Shown here: one piece after another, positions 58,801 to 64,000 of the stretch
Layout: every line of letters begins with the position of its first letter
Position numbering within the stretch: position 1 is the stretch's first letter
Source of the DNA: an uncultured virus (IMG/VR IMGVR_UViG_3300012041_000001)
Taxonomy: Duplodnaviria; Heunggongvirae; Uroviricota; Caudoviricetes
IMG/VR virus record: IMGVR_UViG_3300012041_000001
Length of the DNA: 64,000 nt
Strand: one strand, 5' to 3'
Notes under the pieces: model-generated
What the model saw: the letters and a program-made list of their open reading frames with translations, nothing else
Database searches by the model: none
Told to the model about the DNA's origin: nothing
Made by a program: the position numbers and the translations under genes

Positions 58801-60199
58801 GCTTGCTGTTGGACTTAAACCACTGATTGGATTAGCCAATGCTGTTGGTTTTAATTTCCACGCAATCATTAAGAGTGGAGGTATGTATAGTTGGAATGAC
58901 TTTTGGACTAATGAAATGAAGATAACTACTGGTATAGGCCTAACCACAGAAGATAAAGCTTTACTACATTATCTTACTACTCCAGAAGATGTTATGAAAG
59001 AACAATTAAGAGGAGCTGCATTGAAAAAAGGAGTGCTTTCTTATCTGTCTACTTGGTCCTTTACAGATGTTATGATGCTTACTAACTCTTTCCCTGAGAG
59101 AAAACTTATCTTAACCAATGCTAAAAGCTTTAATGATAATGCTATAATCATTGATGGTAAAATCGTTAATGCCAGACAGTATTTGAAAGAGCAAGACAGA
59201 GCTACTAAGTATAAATTGTCCTCAGAGGAAAGAAGAGCTAAAGAGAAAGCCTTTCCTGAAAGAGTCAAAGCCCTGATAGCCTCATCAACAAAGCTAACCT
59301 CAGCTGTTAAAATCACTGATGAGAAAATAACTATTGAGGGAGTAAGCGAGGATGAGATAGTTAGATATAGTTTGAAGGTATCTGAGTTTTCAAGAAATCT
59401 TAATGGTGCCATGAATCCTGATAACAAAGCTGGTTATCGTAGAGATACAATCTTCTCTTCCTTTATGATGTTTAAGAATTGGATTCCTAAGTTATTGATA
59501 TCTCGTACAGGTGGTATTAAATATAATCTTGAGACTGAGAACTGGGAATATGGTAGAACCAGAGCTCTTGCCAGAGTTATTATGGAAATGGGTAGTTTAA
59601 ATATCAATAAGCTAATAGCAATTCATAGTGGTAAGGAAGAAGGATTACAAATATTAAGAGACATTCTGGTAGCTAAGAAGGCAGAGCACTTTGAAAAAAC
59701 AGGACAGGAGTTAGATATAAGCGAAGAAGAATTCTTTGACTTAATGAGATCAGAGATAGGTAATACGTACAGAGAGTTAGCTCTATTGGCAGGTACAATG
59801 GGAGCTGTGCTTGCAGTAGGAGCCTTGAAACCACCTGATGATGCTTCAGATATAGAGAAGAACAGATGGAAATGGTGGGCTAAAGCTTTCAATAAAATCC
59901 ATGAAGAGCTTGCTTTCTACTATCTCCCTACATCAATGGAGTCAATAACAAGAGGAAGTATACTACCTTCTCTTGGTTTACTATCAAAATTTGCACAACT
60001 GCTAAAGGCTTTCTATAAAGAAACTGAGGGATATGTTACTGATGATGATAAAGCAATGGAGCAAGCGCATCCATTTAAATACTTTCTTAACTTAATCCCT
60101 GGTCTTGCTCAGTTCCAGAATGATTATTTACCATATCTGAATGCAGACTTGGCTAAATGGCAGGGAATAAGAACAACAGAACAATCCAGAAGACAATAA
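52808..60199 (+). CDS. giant polyvalent virion protein: two zincin-like (EExxH) repeats, PD-(D/E)xK nuclease, long helical C-terminus
   Basis: 2463 aa; EEAAH (53378) and EEMVH (55769); HEIQND; WGTEGH..GSTADFI..VLDWKF..QMGEY. Confidence 0.75.
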   Translation: MACPIKIKDKLVAHVEKATDHALNKSLPEAQEIGRRVNDSFGMPVVRFSQTDGDYIDRAINIPPALVEIYYQNELRMEEAERTENVVEEELAEEEELRVIDEARSLQQREAERAGEEYGDDLLYNLDSTNPEVKITTLNKIGNFIEKLGVPVEFTDFGDSPAVAAANFVKGVIQITSNIDKRPAAWNSLPEEAAHWWYRLLKNHDLKQELWDHHLTLAKANELYRTEYGKLVTSPEQLKEEAIGQIIADVIQKIENGTATEKEKSFWEKFKDFIRNFFNRDALTDISEDSFTMAAQRILNSDLSDLLSPQEYRELYQITENIIMAEDAPSEDEFVPNVENVNEYIDNLLAGKFRRRTRFMPQTLARISYLTTAVLKKEKLTPEQKRALETKHRYATITPDLISFETLRRKHKKQPIPLNADIKVEGAKKDEISLLNTVLDLIRKENPQMKSINVEDFINEVNVFLDEEYRLGFAREGEGSMWETWKVNDTFADPTDIKHRKISLRFNDEYIDKRSHFGLSPIAFGSYTPFLDSVLIHEIQNDFFEELVPAEKSDKMSLAHSIAQVLKYSSIFYDTVLESIDKSTPFNFNEVQDLYTKFKQRLDEQNNMFPQDSLELERARDAMDSLFKIKRVLDDIRNKKTLKFVDQQIMDMYKEKGLMNPEVVKEGAITDFINRIEEKGYQLKTDEKYLLRMALSTVRFYNVGFANSLNIGNWFNKQYLEHRRRVQAAYTRERVAKSLVGYNNMTVEDFSRLVDNIQYNVNLTQENKVEEEQRAINSNIKSFRKELNYFTPLIHKVLQTAIINNPGKKLYFSGYDIALISQVQIEKKGVKTPTANLYAGPEDVAAGKADKLGAMWINMNNVRGVKLKYVENIPGFVTPVSGYEIDVSNYKFEAPILFSLKEQVAEQARPAAIEVAPQTKNVRPSKANSETLIKVKEAMRQMGVQFQLLHDYVKGNPDIDVKDVNGLADLSSGVIAVAQGMEDVALTEEMVHIATAILEQTNPSLITNMISKIERFKIYKLTYNQYKNNKNYQLSNGKPDIRKIKKEAVDRLIAEHIIQQSEGSTDFPELMQREDRNLVQSWWDNILETLRNLYSKTKVDLFAQAAEHIMAGNIGRIEDMKAQGVYYQLNKNVVGNNAQVDSLFDHASSIHGRMELKDKTDAKKRHYLLDKTIEVARSITEKTKAKSSMPDRSEFEKIIDLQKQNWGTEGHRYIHKYITDNLIDKDGFKKPFTDIPVTSVLDDAAQEVLNTFCQNLINSYPEGTRFLLETMVLNQREKGLLGSTADFIAISPAQKADGSEDIAVDVLDWKFTDIDKSREEDVPWYKQKDWKPQMGEYSKIMYEYGVKPAQLKKARMIPFIMNYEDIVKGDKKSGKRPSSIEVGKIDSLTETTLYLLPVPINTETTGNEAIDDLLKTLRSQWDKMYSKQVSPEARSIKRIQMNELAKAIRVLHVTLNFSPLVSVGRTFDKTSKAALETFKDIDYTKLSTEQIKAKLQELLEHKANAANFTMLDEAFISQFGDENLSPEATKTLLGLKAVSANAKSSLKKILVLQKEYVAQIAVREKFISENNKTALFDAEREISGMVKNFVEGSRLPAKLINFASNLIMRVKKLSEKKFIDKYNEFKQILLPLEKEAAARGVRAFDMIGTTDEHGLHLIKKVKKEFWNAVTEAKEEGNEDKKFLMQNMDMVEFNRLAKEAMDKGIAELNLIEFSEDADQDAYIRAGKIKRLRNSIDINRKDFFGYNEYVFNHIFRQVVKSDDHLSDEYKNMAKSKAALDAWNFFTEMNERARTVGYIDKQGMSFFPLIEASILDKMKQTTNKGTELLDIFKGLYTVKVNEEQTFGKVDTETGQTKKTLPKYFTKKGNLATEQLSTDLNKVGALWIKALMDFEAKDSIENTLLTIGAVERSKGSLMVDEQGDLIPEGAGFKVNKKVNKNADVYDAIIDDGLYDLEENLGSVGNISLRKFAKSTTKTAEAGIEREVALRKGLKNLDTWTRALAVGLKPLIGLANAVGFNFHAIIKSGGMYSWNDFWTNEMKITTGIGLTTEDKALLHYLTTPEDVMKEQLRGAALKKGVLSYLSTWSFTDVMMLTNSFPERKLILTNAKSFNDNAIIIDGKIVNARQYLKEQDRATKYKLSSEERRAKEKAFPERVKALIASSTKLTSAVKITDEKITIEGVSEDEIVRYSLKVSEFSRNLNGAMNPDNKAGYRRDTIFSSFMMFKNWIPKLLISRTGGIKYNLETENWEYGRTRALARVIMEMGSLNINKLIAIHSGKEEGLQILRDILVAKKAEHFEKTGQELDISEEEFFDLMRSEIGNTYRELALLAGTMGAVLAVGALKPPDDASDIEKNRWKWWAKAFNKIHEELAFYYLPTSMESITRGSILPSLGLLSKFAQLLKAFYKETEGYVTDDDKAMEQAHPFKYFLNLIPGLAQFQNDYLPYLNADLAKWQGIRTTEQSRRQ

Positions 60200-60201
60200 T
60201 C

Positions 60202-60573
60202 ATGACAGTTAGAAATAAAATATTAGTATCAGTACTTGTAGTACTTCTAATAACCATCATTTTTTTAGTATCTTTGTTACTATCTAAATATCAGGAGTTT
60301 AAATACCTGCAGGACAAGCATAATCAACTTAGAATAAGCTACGAAAACTGTCATACAGACAGTGCTAATTCAGTTATTGAGAAAGAGTTGCTCTACTCTA
60401 ATGTAGAGGAACTGACTACTACTTTAAAAACTCAAACTAAGCTGATTAAAGATTTAACTAAACAAGTTATAGAACTTAAATACAACCCTATAATAGTTAG
60501 GGCAATCCCTTGTGATGATGTTCTTCAGGAATATACAAGTCCTGATGACAATACATCAGCACGAGGTTTTTAA
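60202..60573 (+). CDS. membrane-anchored coiled-coil protein, candidate i-spanin/lysis accessory
   Basis: Start moved to ATG 60202; N-terminal TM helix ILVSVLVVLLITIIFLVSLLL followed by coiled coil with two Cys. Confidence 0.5.
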   Translation: MTVRNKILVSVLVVLLITIIFLVSLLLSKYQEFKYLQDKHNQLRISYENCHTDSANSVIEKELLYSNVEELTTTLKTQTKLIKDLTKQVIELKYNPIIVRAIPCDDVLQEYTSPDDNTSARGF

Positions 60574-60584
60574 TATACATCACC

Positions 60585-60725
60585 ATGGTAAAAGAACACT
60601 ATACCACAGCTAAGCGAGTGGTTTTCAAGAAAAACAGGTTTGGTATTCACGCCAAAAGCAAGTCTAGTAAACTAAAATCTAGTAAAAATTACCATAAACG
60701 ATACGTTGGACAGGGTAAAAACTAA
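60585..60725 (+). CDS. 46-aa highly basic protein MVKEHYTTAKRVVFKKNRFGIHAKSKSSKLKSSKNYHKRYVGQGKN (below the ORF-track cutoff)
   Basis: Fills the gap between genes, ATG...TAA; Lys/Arg/His-rich with one acidic residue. Confidence 0.75.
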   Translation: MVKEHYTTAKRVVFKKNRFGIHAKSKSSKLKSSKNYHKRYVGQGKN

Positions 60726-60730
60726 TAACC

Positions 60731-63700
60731 ATGGCATGCAATTGTACAGATTCAATACTTTCAAATTGTAGCAACCAGGATCTATTAAGCTTAGGAGCAA
60801 TTATTGCTTCTCTTGGTTGTGGTCCTCTTGGTACCAATTTGACGTACATGCCTTCGCCAACTAATGGAACCATCTTAAGTAGCACAGGTACACCTGCCTT
60901 TGTGCCCCCAGTGAACGCTGTCAATGCTGGACTAATGCTTCCAGGACAGTACCTTAAGCTATTGAATGAAGTAGAAGTGCTATCTAATAAGCAGAACTCA
61001 ATGCTTAATGATGGTACAGGGACCAAGTATCCTACAGTGGATGCTGTTAATCTATTTGGTCTTAACATACTTAAAGTTACAGCCAGTACTGGTTTCATAG
61101 ATAGGGTAGATGACTTCAGTATGGAGCTGATAGATCCTTCTACTATTCACATTACAGCATCAGATCCAGGTGCTTTTGTAAGATCTAAATTATTTGCTAC
61201 TCCTCCTATTTTCCCAGCAGATGCTGTTGTTAATATTACTGAAAGAGACTATCTGGCATCATCTCTTACTCTTCCAGCTGCTGATGGAAGATACTTTAGA
61301 TTTATAGGATATAATTACTATGATGATAGTATTGTTAACTCACCAACAAGTTATTACTTATTAGATAGTATTGTACAATTAGCATACGTTGAAGTCTTAC
61401 GTTCAGGAGGAGTAAATACATTTACTGTTCTTCAAATGGAGCCTGACTTGTCAACTACAGCATTGTTTGAAACTGTAATGATAGCCAATCAGACAACAGT
61501 AGTAGTAGTGCCTAATATTCCTCCTGGATTGACTATTAACAGTACTCAAGGTTTGATTAAAGCACACACTATCAATTGGGGAACCATTGTTGGTAACCTG
61601 CATATTAAAGTTCATCCTGCAGAAGAACCAGCATCATTTCTTATTATTGATAGAAGTTATATAGATACAGCTACACCAGTTTTACCTACTACAAATGTAA
61701 ATGTATCACAATATTGGAACCCTATTACACAGTTACGAGAAACAATACCTAATCCTATTAATAACTGTACCATTCAAAGATGGTTACTTACCCTTGATGG
61801 AAGATTGATTCAACAACTTGGGGATAAAATATATACATCAAAGGCTAATGCAGAGAAGGATCTTCCTTCAGCAACTTTCGAGAATATATTTCCAAGTGAT
61901 ATAGCTATTGAGATATGTAAAATGATAGCTGTCAAGAATGCCACAGATCTTACTGACCTTACAAAAGTACAGTTTTACTATGGTGGTGGTGGTGGAGGTG
62001 GTAGTTCAGCAGGAGCTACAACCCTGGATAGTTTAGTTGATGTAGAGATTGTTAATCCTCTTGATGCTCATGTGCTTACCTATGAGACTTCTACCCAATT
62101 GTGGAAGAACAAACCACCAGTAGGGGGAGGGGGTGGCACTATTACAGGTACTGGTACTCCAGGTGTACACGCTATGTGGACAGGTCCCACTGCCTTAGCT
62201 GATAGTAGTATATCAGAGACTGCTTCTCTTATTACATTGGGATTAAATACAACTGTCAGTGGTGCTCTTATTGCAAACAGTTTTAGTGTACCATTAGGTT
62301 CATCCTCTCAATTTTTAAAAGCTAATGGAAGTTTAGACAGTAATGTCTATGCTTTAGATTCTGCACTCAGTGGTAAGCAAGACTTTATTATCGCAGGCAC
62401 TGCTTTACAATATTACAGAGGTGATAAAACCTTCCAGACTTTAAACACTTTAGCAGTTCCTGAGTTAACAAACTTATACTATACAGAAGCAAGAGTTTCT
62501 GCTAACACAGATGTTGCAGCAAATACTGCAGCAAGACATGCAGCTGTAACATTAGGAACTGCAAATGGATTATCTTTAGCTGGACAGGTACTAAGTATGG
62601 ACTTGGCAGACACAGATACAACTGGAGCATTGTCATTTACAGACTGGAATACATTTAATAATAAACAATCTTCCATAGGATTTACACCAGTACCTAATAC
62701 TAGACTTATTAACACAACCTCTCCACTACAAGGTGGTGGTAATCTTACTGCTGACAGAACTATCTCTATACCAGTAGCTACTGGCTCTGCTGATGGATAT
62801 TTATCATCAACAGACTGGAGCACTTTTAGTGGTAAGGAACCACCAATCGCTGCAGGTACTGCTGCACAATATTATAGAGGAGATAAAACTTTTCAAACTT
62901 TAAATACTTCAATAGTCCCTGAATTAACAAACTTATATTACACAGAGGCAAGAGTATCTGCTAATACAGATGTAGTTGCTAATACAGCAGCCAGAAATAA
63001 ATGGGATGGTAGTGCTATTGTCACTCCTGGTGACGCAGCTGCTGCTAGAACTTCTTTAGGAGCAACTACAATTGGTGGTAATATATTTACATCTGCAAAC
63101 CCTAGTGCTATTACATTCCTAAGAGCTAATGCAACTAACACAGTTTCATGGTTAAGTGCCTCTGCATTTAGGACAGCCATAGGTGCAGGTACTGGTAATG
63201 GTACAGTGACTTCAGTATCAGTGACACTGGGTACTACAGGAACAGATATAGCCTTTTCTGTTGCAACTCCTAATAGCACACCAGCTATAACACTTAATAT
63301 ACCAACAGCTTCTGGCTCTAATAGAGGAGCATTGTCTTCAGCAGATTGGACTACATTTAATAATAAACAACCAGGAGATGTAGGATTGACTTCATTAGCT
63401 GGATTAGCTTTTACATCAGTTGGTTTTGTTAAACAAACTGCTCTTGATACTTTTGCAATAGATACTAACACATATGCTTTATCTTCTTCTCTTGCTGGCA
63501 AACAAGATGCATTAACTGGCCCAGGATTAGTTAAAGCTGTCGCAGGAGTTATAACCTATGTCACTGATAACAGTACCAACTGGGATACTGCCTATACTGA
63601 TAGAATGAAATGGGATGGTGGTTCTACTGGATTAAATGCTGCAACTGGTAGAACTTCTTTAGAAGCTACAGTGTTAGGAACCAGTATTTTTAAATCATTA

Positions 63701-64000
63701 GACACCCCTACTTCAATTAGATTTTTACAGGCTAATGCAGACAACACTGTTTCCTGGTTAAGTGATAGTCAATTCAGAACTGCTATAGGTGTTGGTACTG
63801 GTACTGTAACTTCTGTTACTGGTACAGGTACAGTCTCTGGTATAACATTGACAAGTTCAGGAACCACTGCAGTAACATTAACCTTAGGTGGTGCTTTATC
63901 TCTTGCTTTAGATGGTCTTTCTGATGTTGCTGTAGCCTCTCCTACAGATGCTCAGGTTCTTGTTTATGAACAATCAACACTTTTATGGAAAAATAAAACT
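60731..64000 (+). CDS. large tail fibre/receptor-binding protein, 3'-truncated by the window edge (>1090 aa)
   Basis: ATG 60731 (MACNCTDS...); the same frame reads ...VYEQSTLLWKNKT at 64000; absent from the ORF track, consistent with no stop; fibre repeats LDxLxDV..P.D..VL.Y....LWKN, G.LS..DW.TF..K, GTGTVTSV. Confidence 0.85.
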   Translation, partial: MACNCTDSILSNCSNQDLLSLGAIIASLGCGPLGTNLTYMPSPTNGTILSSTGTPAFVPPVNAVNAGLMLPGQYLKLLNEVEVLSNKQNSMLNDGTGTKYPTVDAVNLFGLNILKVTASTGFIDRVDDFSMELIDPSTIHITASDPGAFVRSKLFATPPIFPADAVVNITERDYLASSLTLPAADGRYFRFIGYNYYDDSIVNSPTSYYLLDSIVQLAYVEVLRSGGVNTFTVLQMEPDLSTTALFETVMIANQTTVVVVPNIPPGLTINSTQGLIKAHTINWGTIVGNLHIKVHPAEEPASFLIIDRSYIDTATPVLPTTNVNVSQYWNPITQLRETIPNPINNCTIQRWLLTLDGRLIQQLGDKIYTSKANAEKDLPSATFENIFPSDIAIEICKMIAVKNATDLTDLTKVQFYYGGGGGGGSSAGATTLDSLVDVEIVNPLDAHVLTYETSTQLWKNKPPVGGGGGTITGTGTPGVHAMWTGPTALADSSISETASLITLGLNTTVSGALIANSFSVPLGSSSQFLKANGSLDSNVYALDSALSGKQDFIIAGTALQYYRGDKTFQTLNTLAVPELTNLYYTEARVSANTDVAANTAARHAAVTLGTANGLSLAGQVLSMDLADTDTTGALSFTDWNTFNNKQSSIGFTPVPNTRLINTTSPLQGGGNLTADRTISIPVATGSADGYLSSTDWSTFSGKEPPIAAGTAAQYYRGDKTFQTLNTSIVPELTNLYYTEARVSANTDVVANTAARNKWDGSAIVTPGDAAAARTSLGATTIGGNIFTSANPSAITFLRANATNTVSWLSASAFRTAIGAGTGNGTVTSVSVTLGTTGTDIAFSVATPNSTPAITLNIPTASGSNRGALSSADWTTFNNKQPGDVGLTSLAGLAFTSVGFVKQTALDTFAIDTNTYALSSSLAGKQDALTGPGLVKAVAGVITYVTDNSTNWDTAYTDRMKWDGGSTGLNAATGRTSLEATVLGTSIFKSLDTPTSIRFLQANADNTVSWLSDSQFRTAIGVGTGTVTSVTGTGTVSGITLTSSGTTAVTLTLGGALSLALDGLSDVAVASPTDAQVLVYEQSTLLWKNKT
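62393..62995 (+). repeat. 144-bp internal direct repeat in the fibre gene (62393-62536 and 62852-62995)
   Basis: 48 codons, 44/48 aa identical (AGTA.QYYRGDKTFQTLNT..VPELTNLYYTEARVSANTDV.ANTAAR). Confidence 0.9.

Larger units (their letters stand above)
1..64000 (+). mobile_element. crAss-like (Crassvirales-related) bacteriophage genome segment: structural and cargo/RNAP module; likely Bacteroidota host
   Basis: TerL-portal-acidic protein-MCP-ring/IHF/muzzle-cargo-giant RNAP (DFDID) order typical of crAss-like phages; no host housekeeping genes; A-rich leaders without obvious Shine-Dalgarno, a TAnnTTTG promoter and an SprB-like repeat point to Bacteroidota. Confidence 0.93.

Noticed and set aside
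58090..59427. Long minus-strand ORFs (285 aa, 128 aa) and similar antisense ORFs throughout the window
   Set aside because: Fully antisense to long, motif-bearing + strand genes; no recognisable motifs.
62393..62995. Diversity-generating retroelement TR/VR pair
   Set aside because: Differences are mostly synonymous third-position changes, not adenine-specific; both copies are in-frame coding; no reverse transcriptase in the window.
1..64000. Stop-codon reassignment (TAG or TGA read as sense), as in some crAss-like phages
   Set aside because: Genes up to 14.6 kb are uninterrupted under code 11 and no suppressor tRNA is present. The called genes end in TAA or occasionally TGA and none in TAG, which is compatible with AT-rich bias.

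Overview
The whole 64 kb window is the virion-morphogenesis and ejected-cargo arm of a crAss-like (Crassvirales-related, podovirus-type) phage, probably infecting Bacteroidota. It is AT-rich, all convincing genes are on the + strand, and it reads with standard code 11. Gene order: small ORFs; terminase large subunit; portal; scaffold-like protein; major capsid protein; an atypical initiator-type tRNA-Met(CAT); crAss-type conserved structural genes; a block of Cys-rich, poly-Thr-linked fibre/decoration genes; a metallophosphoesterase; ring and IHF-like genes; a split tail-stabilisation (muzzle) gene; three ~900-1100 aa cargo proteins; a 4866 aa virion RNA polymerase (DFDIDK); a 2463 aa polyvalent protein (two zincin-like repeats plus a PD-(D/E)xK nuclease); a spanin-like gene; a tiny basic protein; and a tail fibre gene running off the window. 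Most notable observations: (i) an ART-PolyVal-like ADP-ribosyltransferase in one cargo protein paired with a macrodomain-like module fused to the RNA polymerase; (ii) a recurring xxxGG..KAQxG motif punctuating two cargo proteins; (iii) small Cys-rich domains shared among unrelated structural genes and joined by poly-Thr linkers; (iv) an fMet-type tRNA lacking the three G:C anticodon-stem pairs; (v) a duplicated, fixed-spacing promoter-like element. All family assignments come from motif recognition and recalled gene order; no database searches were run.
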